Part shown: piece after piece, positions 31,567-41,895 of the stretch
How the letters are laid out: every line of letters starts with the position of its first letter
How positions within the stretch are numbered: the first letter of the stretch is position 1
DNA from: an uncultured Acidobacteriota bacterium
GTDB lineage: Bacteria; Acidobacteriota; Polarisedimenticolia; J045
NCBI GenBank assembly: GCA_963702425.1
Contig: CAVPCQ010000018.1
Coordinates: forward strand, 64,001-128,000
Length of the DNA stretch: 64,000 nucleotides
Direction: 5' to 3'
Notes under the pieces: generated by a model
What the model saw: only the letters and a program-made list of their open reading frames with translations
Databases searched by the model: none
Told to the model about the DNA's origin: nothing
Made by a program: the position numbers and the translations under genes

Positions 31567-32985
31567 ATGGCCGACGCGTCACCGAACGACAAGGGCCGCT
31601 TCCGCATGCCGCACACCCTGGTGATCGTGGGGTCGCTGATCGTGCTGGTCCTCGCGCTCTCGTGGGTGATCCCCTCGGGGACCTACGAGCGCGTCGACAA
31701 GGACGGCCGGATGGTGACGGTCCCCGGGACCTACCAGCAGGTCGAGAAGCACCTGCTGGGGCCGCAGTGGCTCTTGACCTCGCCCTTCAAGGGGTTCCTC
31801 GACGGGGCGCTGATCATCGCCTTCCTGTTCGTCATCGGCGGCGCCTTCAACGTGATCCAGGCCACCGGCTCGATCGACTTCGCGATCCGGCGGATCACCG
31901 CCGCGCTCGCCGCGCACCCCGCGATGGAGAAGCTGACGATCCCCGTCCTGATGGTCATCTTCTCGCTCGCCGGCTCGGTCTTCGGGATGGCCGAGGAGAC
32001 GATCCCGTTCGTCCTGATCTTCGTCCCGCTCGCGCTGTCGCTGGGCTACGACTCGATCGTCGGCGTGTCGATCCCGTTCCTCGGCGCCGCCGCGGGCTTC
32101 GCGGCCGCCTTCTTCAACCCGTTCACGGTCGGCGTGGCGCAGGGGCTCGCGGGGCTGCCGCTCTACTCCGGGCTGGGCTACCGGGTGCTCACCTGGTTCA
32201 TCGGCACGGCGGTGATCGTCGCGTGGGTGATGGTCTACGCGGCGCGGGTCAAGCGGCACCCGGAGTCGAGCCCGGTCTACGAGCTGGACCGCGCGCGGGA
32301 GAAGCCCGAGGACCCGCACGACGGCGTCGTGCCGGCCTGGACCGCGCGGCACGCCGCGGTGTTGACGATCTTCGCCGTGTGCATGGGGATCCTGGTCTGG
32401 GGCATCCTCAAGGAGCAGTGGTTCATCGAGGAGATCGGCGCGCTGTTCCTCGCGATGGGGCTCCTCATGGGGGCGGTCGCGGGGCTGGGCCCGAACCGGA
32501 TCGCCGCCAGCTTCGTCGTCGGCGCCAGGGACATGGTCACGGTCGTGATGATCATCGCCTGCGGCCGCGCGCTGCTGATCATCGCGCGCGAGGGGCAGGT
32601 GCTCGACACCATCCTCTTCGCCAGCTCGCAGGCGATCTCGGGCCTGCCGACGGTGATGGCGGCCTGGCTGATGTTCCTGGTGCAGTCGGGGATCAACTTC
32701 TTCATTCACTCCGGCACGGCGCAGGCGGCCCTGACGATGCCGATCATGGCGCCCCTCGCCGACCTGGTCGGCCTGACGCGCCAGACGATGGTCTACGCCT
32801 TCCAGCTCTGCGAGTTCATCAACCCGATCCTGCCGACCTCGGCCGTGACGATGGGAGTCCTCGGGATGGCCCGGATCCCGTGGGAGAAGTGGGCGCGCTG
32901 GTTCCTGCCGCTGATGCTGGTGCTGATCGTGCTCAGCCTGCTGCTGCTGATCCCGCCGGTGCTGCTGAACTGGGGTCCGTTCTGA
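31567..32985 (+). CDS. YfcC family amino acid/dipeptide transporter
   Basis: MPHT, GMAEETIPF, GYD, NPFTVGVAQG, SGTAQAALTMPIMAPLAD; multi-TM. Confidence 0.88.
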   Translation: MADASPNDKGRFRMPHTLVIVGSLIVLVLALSWVIPSGTYERVDKDGRMVTVPGTYQQVEKHLLGPQWLLTSPFKGFLDGALIIAFLFVIGGAFNVIQATGSIDFAIRRITAALAAHPAMEKLTIPVLMVIFSLAGSVFGMAEETIPFVLIFVPLALSLGYDSIVGVSIPFLGAAAGFAAAFFNPFTVGVAQGLAGLPLYSGLGYRVLTWFIGTAVIVAWVMVYAARVKRHPESSPVYELDRAREKPEDPHDGVVPAWTARHAAVLTIFAVCMGILVWGILKEQWFIEEIGALFLAMGLLMGAVAGLGPNRIAASFVVGARDMVTVVMIIACGRALLIIAREGQVLDTILFASSQAISGLPTVMAAWLMFLVQSGINFFIHSGTAQAALTMPIMAPLADLVGLTRQTMVYAFQLCEFINPILPTSAVTMGVLGMARIPWEKWARWFLPLMLVLIVLSLLLLIPPVLLNWGPF

Positions 32986-33905
32986 TGCGGGCCGGGAGGG
33001 AGAGCGTGAGGACCCCGCGCGCGGCTGCTGCTGCGGCCGCGACGCGCGCGGCCCTCGCGCTGATCAGCCTCGCCGCCGCGACCGGCTGCGCCTCGTCCGG
33101 GGCCGCTCGCATGGGCGGCGGGGCGCCGGCCCCGCTCGCCGTCATCGACGCGCACGTCCACACCAACTTCGACGACCGGCTCGATCCCAAGAGCAAGGCG
33201 ATGGACAGCCGCGCCGGCCTGGCCGACGAGATGAAGCGCAACCACGTCGTCGGCGCGGTGTCGATGAACCACCCCGGCGACCCCTTCATCGATCTCGCCG
33301 ACCTGCACGTCGTCCACTGCGTCGGCCTCGACGCCGTGGTGGACGAGCAGAAGCTCGAGGCCGACCTCGCCTCCGGCCGGTACCGGTGCATCAAGATCTA
33401 CCTCGGCTACGTCCACCAGTACGCCTGGGACCCGGCCTACGAGCCGGCCTACCGTCTCGCCGAGCGGTTCCGCGTCCCCGTAGTCTTCCACACCGGCGAC
33501 ACCGACTCGCGCAAGGCCAAGCTGAAGTACGCCGACCCGCTGACGATCGACGAGGTGGCGGTCGATCACCCGAACGTCACGTTCGTCCTGGCGCACGCCG
33601 GCAACCCCTGGATCCAGTCCGCGGCCGAGGTGGCCTACAAGAACCCGAACGTCGTCATCGACGGCTCGGCGTTCCTGATCGGGGACCTCGCGTCGCGCTC
33701 CCCGGAGATCGTCGAGAGCCAGCTCGTCGCGCCGGTGCGCTGGATCTTCGAGTACGTCGCCGACCCGAAGAAGCTGATGTTCGGGACCGACTGGCCGCTG
33801 GTCCGGATGGAGCCGTACCTGCGCGCGTTCCGGAAGGCCATCCCGCGCGAGCACTGGCAGGCCGTGTTCCACGACAACGCCGCGCGCGTCTACGGGTTCC
33901 AGTGA
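32985..33905 (+). CDS. Amidohydrolase-2 family lipoprotein
   Basis: Lipobox ATGC. IDAHVH, FHTG, AHAG, FGTDWP. Alternative start GTG 33006. Confidence 0.82.
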   Translation: MRAGRESVRTPRAAAAAAATRAALALISLAAATGCASSGAARMGGGAPAPLAVIDAHVHTNFDDRLDPKSKAMDSRAGLADEMKRNHVVGAVSMNHPGDPFIDLADLHVVHCVGLDAVVDEQKLEADLASGRYRCIKIYLGYVHQYAWDPAYEPAYRLAERFRVPVVFHTGDTDSRKAKLKYADPLTIDEVAVDHPNVTFVLAHAGNPWIQSAAEVAYKNPNVVIDGSAFLIGDLASRSPEIVESQLVAPVRWIFEYVADPKKLMFGTDWPLVRMEPYLRAFRKAIPREHWQAVFHDNAARVYGFQ

Positions 33906-33919
33906 GGAGATCGACTCAG

Positions 33920-35416
33920 ATGATCAAGCGGGCCGTGCTCCACGCCCTGCTCCTGGTGGCCCCGATCCTGTCGGCCGGGACCGCTCTCGCGGCGGACGGA
34001 AGCTTCCCCGAGGACCACCACGCGCTGGCGCGGACGATCACCTATTCCGAGATGGAGAAGTTCCTGGCGAGCGTCGACGGCCGGGGGCCGATCAGCGTGT
34101 CGGTGGAGGCGCGGACTGCCGAGGGCCGCGCGGTCTACCTGGTGCACGCGACACGCGGCGGCAATCCATCGTTCCGGATTCTCTACTACGCCCAGCAGCA
34201 CGGCGACGAGGTCTCGGGCAAGGATGCCCTGCTTTACTTGATCCGCGAGATCGCGCGCCGCCCCGAACGGCTTCCTGCCGGGATCGACCTCTGGATCCTG
34301 CCGATGATGAACCCCGATGGGGCGGAGGCCGGCACGCGCCGCAACGCCGCGGGCGCCGACCTCAACCGCGATCACATCCTGCTCGAGCAGCCGGAGACGC
34401 AGGCGCTCCACCGCGTGGTGCGGCGCGTGCGCCCGGAGCTGGCCGTCGACTGCCACGAGTTCACCCGCGACTCGGACGAGCGCCGCGAGCGCGGGTGGAT
34501 CGCCTGGCCGGACATCACGATGGACAGCCTCAACAACCCGCTGTTCGACCCCGCGGTGATCGCGGCCGCCGAGCGCTGGGTCCGTGACTCCGCCGCCCCC
34601 GAAGCGGCCGCGGGCCACCCGTTCCTGCGCTACTCGGTCGGCGGCCTGCCGCCGGACGAGGAGCAGCGGCACTCCGCCCCGGACATCGACGGCGGCCTCA
34701 ACGCCGTGGGGATGTACGGCGGGCTCTCCTTCATCATCGAGGCCGCGGTCCGCCGCGGGCCCGACGCGCCGCCGACCGATCTCGCGAGCCGGGTCGACGC
34801 CTACCTCGTCCTGCTCTGGCGCTTCATCGACGAGGCGGCCCACCGCGCGGAGGACCTCGCGGCGGTCGAGGCGTCGCGGGCGCGGCCGCCGCCGCGCTTC
34901 ATCCCGACCAACTACTTGTGGGTGAACCCAGCCTTCACGATCACCGAGTTCCCGGTCCTCGTCGCCGCCACGGGCGAGACCCTGAAGATCCCGACCGCGA
35001 ACATGATGACCGCGCTGGCGGTGAAGAAGGCCCTGCCGGCCCCGCTCGGCTACGCGATCGAGCCGCGCGCCGCGGCGGACTACGCGCTGGTGCTGGAGCG
35101 CCAGGGAATCCCCTTCGAGACGCTGAGCGCGCCGCGGACCGTTCGCGCGCAGCGGTGCGACCTGCTGCGCCTCGAGGAGCAGTTCGACGATCTCTACTCG
35201 CGCTACGAGGGGCGGCAGATCGTGCAGTGCCGGGCGGCGGCCGCGGAAGAGCTGCCCGCCGGGACGATCTGGGTCCCGCTGGAAGGCGAAGCGGCGGTGC
35301 GCGCGGCGCTGGTGCTCGAGCCGGCGGCGCTCTACGGCGTCTACCAGTACCCGCGCTTCCGGAAGCACGCCGCGACGGGGGCGGCGCTTCCGATCGTCCG
35401 CGTCATGTCGCGGTAA
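33920..35416 (+). CDS. M14 family zinc carboxypeptidase, secreted
   Basis: GAGGAG RBS, signal peptide. QQHGDE, NPDG, DLNRD, DCHE. Confidence 0.85.
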   Translation: MIKRAVLHALLLVAPILSAGTALAADGSFPEDHHALARTITYSEMEKFLASVDGRGPISVSVEARTAEGRAVYLVHATRGGNPSFRILYYAQQHGDEVSGKDALLYLIREIARRPERLPAGIDLWILPMMNPDGAEAGTRRNAAGADLNRDHILLEQPETQALHRVVRRVRPELAVDCHEFTRDSDERRERGWIAWPDITMDSLNNPLFDPAVIAAAERWVRDSAAPEAAAGHPFLRYSVGGLPPDEEQRHSAPDIDGGLNAVGMYGGLSFIIEAAVRRGPDAPPTDLASRVDAYLVLLWRFIDEAAHRAEDLAAVEASRARPPPRFIPTNYLWVNPAFTITEFPVLVAATGETLKIPTANMMTALAVKKALPAPLGYAIEPRAAADYALVLERQGIPFETLSAPRTVRAQRCDLLRLEEQFDDLYSRYEGRQIVQCRAAAAEELPAGTIWVPLEGEAAVRAALVLEPAALYGVYQYPRFRKHAATGAALPIVRVMSR

Positions 35417-35429
35417 AGGACGGCACACG

Positions 35430-37115
35430 ATGCGATCGCTCGTCACGCTGCTCTGCCTCCTGGCATGGGCTGTCTCCCCCACCGGTGTCGCCTGGGCCGA
35501 TGCGCCGGCCGCCGCCGCCGGCGCGGAGACCGCGCCGCAACCGGACGTCGCCCGGGACTTCGTGCTCGCCACCCCGGCCGAAGCGCCGCCCGCACCCTTC
35601 GCGGCGGCCCTCGCCGGGATCCGGGCCGAGGCCCTCGCGGCCCGCATCCGGTTCCTCGCGTCGCCCGCGCTCGAGGGGCGCGGGCTGGGCAGCCGCGGGC
35701 TCGACGCGGCGGCCGAGTACGCCGCGTCGGTACTGGCGCTCGCCAGCGTCCCGCCATTGATCGGTCCCGCGGAGGAGCCGCCGTACGCGCGCTACTTCCA
35801 GGCGGTGCCGCTGCGCGAGATCACCGGAGCGACCGGCGAGCTGGCCGTCGAAGCGCGGCAGGGCGACGCGACGACACGCCGCGCGTTCGCTTCCGGCGTC
35901 GACGCCCTCTTCTCCGCGGCCCCGCTCGCGACGATCACCGCCCCGGCCGTCTTCGCCGGGTACGGGATCCGCGAGCCGGCGCTGGGACGCGACGACTACA
36001 AGGGGCTCGACGTGCGCGGGAAGGTCGTGGTGGTCCTGCGCGGCGTGCCCGAGGGGGAAGCGTGGAAGGCCCCCGCGCTGCTCTCCCGCTACGATCCGGG
36101 CGACGCCGACGACCGCTGGGACGCCAAGCGCGAAACGGCCGAGGCGCTGGGCGCGGCCGCGCTCGTCGCGTTCGACGGGGACGACTTCGCGGCGCGGCTC
36201 GCGGAACGCGACGCGCAGCCCACGACCTGGTGGCTTCCGGCCGACGTCGCTGCCGGCCCGATCCCCGTCGTGCGCGTCTCCCCCGTCGTCGCCGGCGCGC
36301 TGCTGGGCGCGGAGGCCGCGGGCCCGGCCGCCGCCGCCCGCGCGACGGCGCCGCGCGCGCTGGCCGGCGTGACCGTCACGCTCCGGACGAGCGGGACCGA
36401 GCGGGCCGTCACCAGCCGCAATGTCATCGGCGTCCTCGCCGGATGCGATCCGGCGCTGCGCGACGAGGCGGTCGTGATCGGCGCGCACATCGATCACCTG
36501 GGAAAGTCCGGCGAGGTCGTCTACCCGGGGGCCGACGACAATGCGTCCGGCACCGCGTCGCTGATCGAGATCGCCCGCGCCTTCGCGGCGCTGCCGGAGC
36601 GGCCGAAGCGGACCGTGATCTTCGCGTTCTGGACCGGGGAAGAGGAAGGCAAGTTCGGCTCCGGGTACTACGTCCGCCACCCCCTCTGGCCGCTCACCCG
36701 CACGCGGGCCCTCGTCAACCTCGACATGATCGGCCACCCCTGGCTCGCGGAAGAGATCGCGAAGCTCGTGGCCGACACCCGGCTGCCGGACGGCGCGGCG
36801 TTCCTGGCGGCGGTGAAGGCCGCCGAGTTCGCCGAGCCCGGCCTCCCGCTCGACGCGCCGGAGCTGGCGGCCGCACTGCGCTGGGCCGGGCCGGCCACCG
36901 GGATGGCGCTGCACCTCGACCGCACGGACGGCACCCGCGGCGGAAGCGACTACCGCGACTTCGCGCGCGCCCGCGTCCCGTTCATCCGCTTCTTCGGCAA
37001 CTTCTTCCCCGAGTACCACGAGCCGGGCGACACCGCGGAGAAGCTCGACCCCGCGCAGGTCCAGCGGATGGCGCGGCTCGCCTTCGCGACGGCGTGGCGC
37101 CTCGCCGAGCGCTGA
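35430..37115 (+). CDS. M28 family peptidase with PA domain, secreted
   Basis: Signal peptide. GAHIDHLG, GADDNASG, GEEEG, NLDMIG, SD, YHEPGD. Confidence 0.88.
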   Translation: MRSLVTLLCLLAWAVSPTGVAWADAPAAAAGAETAPQPDVARDFVLATPAEAPPAPFAAALAGIRAEALAARIRFLASPALEGRGLGSRGLDAAAEYAASVLALASVPPLIGPAEEPPYARYFQAVPLREITGATGELAVEARQGDATTRRAFASGVDALFSAAPLATITAPAVFAGYGIREPALGRDDYKGLDVRGKVVVVLRGVPEGEAWKAPALLSRYDPGDADDRWDAKRETAEALGAAALVAFDGDDFAARLAERDAQPTTWWLPADVAAGPIPVVRVSPVVAGALLGAEAAGPAAAARATAPRALAGVTVTLRTSGTERAVTSRNVIGVLAGCDPALRDEAVVIGAHIDHLGKSGEVVYPGADDNASGTASLIEIARAFAALPERPKRTVIFAFWTGEEEGKFGSGYYVRHPLWPLTRTRALVNLDMIGHPWLAEEIAKLVADTRLPDGAAFLAAVKAAEFAEPGLPLDAPELAAALRWAGPATGMALHLDRTDGTRGGSDYRDFARARVPFIRFFGNFFPEYHEPGDTAEKLDPAQVQRMARLAFATAWRLAER

Positions 37116-37136
37116 CGAGGGCGCTACGATCGGCCG

Positions 37137-38342
37137 ATGGCCGGCCCGCTCCAGTGCGAGATGGCGGACGTCCCGCGGGACGGCTGGGACGTCGTCGTCG
37201 CCGGGGCCGGGCCGGCCGGCGCGACCGCCGCGCTGCACCTGGCGCGCCGCGGCCGGCGCGTTCTGCTCGCCGACCGCCACCCCTTCCCGCGCGAGAAGGT
37301 CTGTGGCGACGGGCTGATCCCCGACGCGCTCCGCGCGCTCGAGCGCGCCGGCTTGCTTCCCGACGTCCGCCGCGCAGCCCACGCGGTGACGCGCGTCACG
37401 CTCTACAGCCCGCGGCGGATCGAGGTCTCGCTCGACGGCGAGTTCCTGACGATCCAGCGCGAGGCGCTCGACGCGATCGTCGCGGGCGGGGCGGTCGCGA
37501 GCGGGGCGGTCTTCGCGCGGGGCGAGGTCGCCGGGATCGACGCCGGGACCGGCGGGGTGCGCGTCCGGTTCGCCGGCCGCGACGAGCCGCTCGAAGCGCG
37601 CCTGGCGATCGTCGCCACCGGCGCCGACGTCGCGCTGCCGCGCGCGCTCGGGATGGTGACCCGCCGACAGCCGAGCGGGATCGCGCTGCGCGGCTACGTC
37701 CACTCCTCGCATCGCATCGACGACCTCGTCGTCTCCTTCGACCGCGCCGTGCTCCCCGGCTACGCCTGGATCTTCCCGATGGGGGGCGGCGAGTACAACG
37801 TCGGGGTCGGGGCCTTCCCGGCCGAAGGGCTCCCGAAGGTCAACCTGCACACGATCTACGAGGCCTTCGCGCGCGAGTTCCCCCCGGCGCGCGCGCTGTT
37901 CGCCGCCGCCACGGAGCACACGACGCAACGCGGCGCGCCGCTGCGCTGCGGTCTCGACGGCGCGCTCGCGCTCGGCCCCGCCGGCGTCGCCGGCGTCGGC
38001 GAGGTCGTCGGCTCGACCTACGACTTCACCGGCGAAGGGATCGGCAAGGCGATGGAGACCGGGGAGCTGGTGGCGGGCGCGGCCGACGCAGCGCTCTCCC
38101 ACGGCCGGCCGACGATGCTCGCCGCGTACGCGCGGCGGATCGAGCAGGATTTCCGTCCCCGGTTCCGCGGCTACGAGCAGGCGGCGGGCTGGATGGCGCA
38201 CCCGTGGATCTGCGACCTGGTCTTCCGGCGGGCGAGCCGCAGTCCCTGGCTGCGCTCGATGGCGGCCGGGATCCTGGCCGAGACGGTCGACCCGGGGGAC
38301 GTCTTCAACCTCAAGGGGCTCGTGGGGTCGTTCCTGCGCTGA
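37137..38342 (+). CDS. Geranylgeranyl reductase family FAD-dependent oxidoreductase
   Basis: GAGPAG, FPREKVCGDG, GYAWIFP, FTGEGI. Confidence 0.85.
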   Translation: MAGPLQCEMADVPRDGWDVVVAGAGPAGATAALHLARRGRRVLLADRHPFPREKVCGDGLIPDALRALERAGLLPDVRRAAHAVTRVTLYSPRRIEVSLDGEFLTIQREALDAIVAGGAVASGAVFARGEVAGIDAGTGGVRVRFAGRDEPLEARLAIVATGADVALPRALGMVTRRQPSGIALRGYVHSSHRIDDLVVSFDRAVLPGYAWIFPMGGGEYNVGVGAFPAEGLPKVNLHTIYEAFAREFPPARALFAAATEHTTQRGAPLRCGLDGALALGPAGVAGVGEVVGSTYDFTGEGIGKAMETGELVAGAADAALSHGRPTMLAAYARRIEQDFRPRFRGYEQAAGWMAHPWICDLVFRRASRSPWLRSMAAGILAETVDPGDVFNLKGLVGSFLR

Positions 38343-38446
38343 CGCGCGCCGCGAGCATCCCGCCCCCGTAGCGACCGCTTCCCGGCGGGGTTAGGCTGCG
38401 CTCCGCGGGGCCGCCCACGCGGCCGAGGGTGGGGAGAAGGAACTCG

Positions 38447-40492
38447 ATGAACCTGATCGCACGCCTCGGTCGACGAGCCGTCCGGATCATCGCGATCCTG
38501 CTCGCCGTCGTCGTCGGACTCGAGCTGGTCTATCTCGTCGTCGGCAACGTGATGCTGCGCGCCGGCACGGTCGAGCGGCTGCTCAACAAGCACCCGGAGA
38601 AGACGCGCGTCCATTTCGAGAGCGCCTACACGCTCTTCCCGGGCCACGCCGCCGTCAACGGGTTCAAGATCCGCAGCCAGGCCACCCGCAGCCAGATCGA
38701 GGCCGTCGCGGACCACGTCAGTGCAGTCGTCAACCCGATCCCGCTGATCTGGAAGTCGGTGAGCATCGTGCGCGCGAGCGCCCGCGGCGTCGAGTTCCGG
38801 ATGCGCCGCCGTCCGGTCACGCCGGAGGAGCTGAAGGACAAGGAGTCGTTCGTCCCGCCGATCGAGGGGTTCGAATACAAGGACTCGCTGCGCGATCCGA
38901 ACAAGGTCCCGAAGGCGCCGAAGTGGGGCGTCGCCGTCATCAGCTCGCGGGTCGATGACGTGCGCGAGGTCTGGATCGACGACTACCGCCTGACCGGTCC
39001 GGGGCAGGCTGGCGGCGGCATGTCGATCGGCCCGGGACGATGGCTGGAGCTGGACGGCGCGTGGACCGAGTTCCCGGCGCTCCAGGCGAAGGCCGCCGGG
39101 CGGCCGTTCCTGGTCGACGCGAAACTGAGGGCCGAGGTCGACATCGTGCGCTACGACTACGGCGAGAACAAGGGGCTGAAGTTCCTGCCGTACACGTCGG
39201 GGCGGATCCAGTTGGAGTCGGTGACTCCGACGGGCGCGCCGCTGCTCAACCACCTGGTCCGGCACGTGCCGTGGCTCTCCTTCGACGGCACCGAGCGCCG
39301 GATGTCGACCGACCTTCTGATCGAAAAGGGCAAGCTGCAGCCCGGCAGCCGGGTCAAGATGGCGACCGACAAGCTGGCGGTCAATTTCCTGGTCTACCGC
39401 GCCGAGGGGAAGTCCGAGATCGAAGTGAAGGTGCTCGAGGGACCGGAGCGGCCGCTCATCGATCTCGAGCTGCTGATGACCGACTTCGGGATCGGCCTGG
39501 CGACCTCCACGCCGGACGCGGCGGTCGGCAGGAAGCTCCGGCTGCACGCCGTCTCCGACGACGACCTGATCAGCAACGAGATTCCCGACGGCAACCTGGA
39601 GCTGGAGATCGACGACCTTCACGCGAACGACCTGACCCGCGCGAACTACCTGATCCCGACGGGAACGGGGCTGAAGCTGAAGGCCGGCTCCGCGCGCATG
39701 GACGTGCGCCTGAAGGCCTCCACGCGCGGCGACACGGGCGAGGGAAAGGTCACGCTGACGACCGATGGCCTCGCGCTCGACGCGGGAGGCCTCGCGATGA
39801 AGGGGAAGATCGATGCGTCGATCCCGCTCAGCCAGGTCGACATGATGGCGCAGCACTTCGCGATCGACGGGATGACGATCAAGCTGTCGAACTTCGACCT
39901 ACCCGGCGAATCCGCGGAGGGGAAGTCGATGCGAGGCTGGTGGGCGGAATTCGACGCGCCGCGCGGTCATTTCGGGTTCAAGGACAAAGACGTCTTCCGG
40001 GGCGACCTCGAGTTCAAGCTGCGCGACTCGGCGCCGCTGATCCGGTTCTTCACGGCGAAGAAGCCGCTGCCGAAGATCGGGGAGCGGATCCTCGAGGTGA
40101 ACGACGTCGTCGGGAAGACCGGCCTCGTCTACGGGGCCGACCGGATCGAGGTCCGGGACCTGCTGGTCACGAGCGACATGATCGAGCTGCAGGCCTCGCT
40201 GAACATCCAGGGGAAGAGCGCTCACGGGGACCTGCTGGCGGTCTACGACTGGATCGGCGTCGGCGTCGAGCTGAAGGGGGCCAAGCAGGACTATCACCTG
40301 ACGGGCGCGCGCAGGTGGTACGAGTCGCGCCACACGGGGGCGGCGGCGAAGGACGCGGGCGCGAAAGCCGAGTCGGAACCCAAGGCCAAGCCGGCCAAGG
40401 CCGAGGCCGAACCCAAGGCCAAGGCCGAGCCCGAGCCCGCTGAAGAGAAGAAGCCCAACTGGCTCCAGCGCACCTTCTCCGGCAAGAAGTAG
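38447..40492 (+). CDS. Hypothetical membrane-anchored beta-rich protein (AsmA-like architecture)
   Basis: AAGGA RBS, single N-terminal TM helix, long amphipathic beta-strand-like body, Lys/Ala/Glu/Pro tail. Confidence 0.6.
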   Translation: MNLIARLGRRAVRIIAILLAVVVGLELVYLVVGNVMLRAGTVERLLNKHPEKTRVHFESAYTLFPGHAAVNGFKIRSQATRSQIEAVADHVSAVVNPIPLIWKSVSIVRASARGVEFRMRRRPVTPEELKDKESFVPPIEGFEYKDSLRDPNKVPKAPKWGVAVISSRVDDVREVWIDDYRLTGPGQAGGGMSIGPGRWLELDGAWTEFPALQAKAAGRPFLVDAKLRAEVDIVRYDYGENKGLKFLPYTSGRIQLESVTPTGAPLLNHLVRHVPWLSFDGTERRMSTDLLIEKGKLQPGSRVKMATDKLAVNFLVYRAEGKSEIEVKVLEGPERPLIDLELLMTDFGIGLATSTPDAAVGRKLRLHAVSDDDLISNEIPDGNLELEIDDLHANDLTRANYLIPTGTGLKLKAGSARMDVRLKASTRGDTGEGKVTLTTDGLALDAGGLAMKGKIDASIPLSQVDMMAQHFAIDGMTIKLSNFDLPGESAEGKSMRGWWAEFDAPRGHFGFKDKDVFRGDLEFKLRDSAPLIRFFTAKKPLPKIGERILEVNDVVGKTGLVYGADRIEVRDLLVTSDMIELQASLNIQGKSAHGDLLAVYDWIGVGVELKGAKQDYHLTGARRWYESRHTGAAAKDAGAKAESEPKAKPAKAEAEPKAKAEPEPAEEKKPNWLQRTFSGKK

Positions 40493-40500
40493 GGGCGCGC

Positions 40501-41352
40501 GTGCCCGAGCTGCCCGAGGTCGAGACCGTCGCGCGTCAGCTCGCCCCGCTGGTCGCGGGCCGGCGCGTCACGCGCCTCGCGATCCACGACCGGACGAAGC
40601 TGGCGCCGCCCGGTGCGCGGCTCACCGAGCGCACGGTCGGCCGCGTGATGCGCGTCGGCAAGCGCGTGCTGATCGAGCTGCAGCCCGGCGCGCGCGCGGA
40701 CGCGGCGCCGCTCTGGCTGGCGGTCCACCTGCGCATGACGGGACGGCTCGTCTTCGGCGGAGCGGTCCCGGCCGGCACGCCGAGCCCTCACGTGCGGGCG
40801 CAGCTCTTCCTCGACGGCGGCGTGATCTCGTTCATCGACCCGCGCCGCTTCGGGACCTTCGAGTGGCTGCGCGCGCCCGGCGACGCGGCGTCCGACGCGG
40901 TCGATCCCACGGAGGATGCCTTCACGCCCGAGCGCCTCGCGGGCCTGCTGCGCGGCAGCCCGCAGCCGCTCAAGACCTGGCTGCTGCGCCAGGACCGGCT
41001 GGTCGGGATCGGCAACATCTACGCCTCGGAGATCCTGTGGCACGCGCGGCTGTCGCCGTTCCGCGCGGCGGGCCGGTTGAAGCGCGACGAGATCGCGCGG
41101 CTGCACGCCGCGACGCGCGCGGTCCTCGCCGCCGCGATCGAGGCCTGCGGCACGACCTTCTCCGACTTCCAGGACGCGCACGGCCTGACCGGCTCGTACC
41201 AGCGCTTCCTCGCGGTCTACGAGCGGGAGGGGGAGCCGTGCCCGCGCTGCGGCGGGCCGGTGGCGCGGCGGACGCAGGCGCAGCGCAGCACGTACTGGTG
41301 CCGGGGGTGCCTTGGCGATGCGCGAACGCGTGTCCGGGGTCGGCCCCAGTAG
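40501..41352 (+). CDS. mutM: Formamidopyrimidine-DNA glycosylase
   Basis: MPELPEVE, HLRMTG, DPRRFG, GIGNIYASE, C-terminal CPRCG...CRGC zinc finger. Confidence 0.93.
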   Translation: MPELPEVETVARQLAPLVAGRRVTRLAIHDRTKLAPPGARLTERTVGRVMRVGKRVLIELQPGARADAAPLWLAVHLRMTGRLVFGGAVPAGTPSPHVRAQLFLDGGVISFIDPRRFGTFEWLRAPGDAASDAVDPTEDAFTPERLAGLLRGSPQPLKTWLLRQDRLVGIGNIYASEILWHARLSPFRAAGRLKRDEIARLHAATRAVLAAAIEACGTTFSDFQDAHGLTGSYQRFLAVYEREGEPCPRCGGPVARRTQAQRSTYWCRGCLGDARTRVRGRPQ

Positions 41353-41895
41353 CGGCCCGATTCATCGAAGCTGCGACGAGCCGGCCCGGCTGCTGAAGGT
41401 GGAGCAGGGGTATGCCGATCCGAGCGGGAGCAGCTGGACCTTCCCGGTGGGCTACTCGGCCTTCCACGACTTCCATCTCGACGAGCAGGGCAACTGGGCC
41501 GAACATCAGGACGGCGCGGGGACGACGCTGGTGAGCCCGACGATCGCCAAGGACAACGCCTACGCGGCCTGGCCGGTCTCGGGCGGGTCGATGCTGAGCT
41601 TCGTGCTGGACAACGCCGGGAGGTTCCTGGTCGAGCGGCCGGTGGCGGGGGGTGGGAGTTATCTCTACAAGCACGACGGCCTCGGCCGCCTGGTTTCGGA
41701 ACAGCGGATCAGCGCGCCGGGCAAGCCCGACCTGACGACGACTTACGGCTACACCGCGGACGGCCGGCTGGCCTGGCGCAAGGAGGGCGTGGGGGCGCGC
41801 GAGTGGCTGATCGACGACGGGTCGCAGGCGGTGTGCAGACGACCGACACCGCGCTGAGCTGGACGCACGTCTGGGCCGGCAGCCGGCTTGCCGCG
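41353..41895 (+). pseudogene. RHS/YD-repeat protein fragment
   Basis: YKHDGLGRLVSE, TTTYGYTADGRL, then WTHVWAGSRL in a second frame. No credible start and no RHS core end. Confidence 0.55.
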
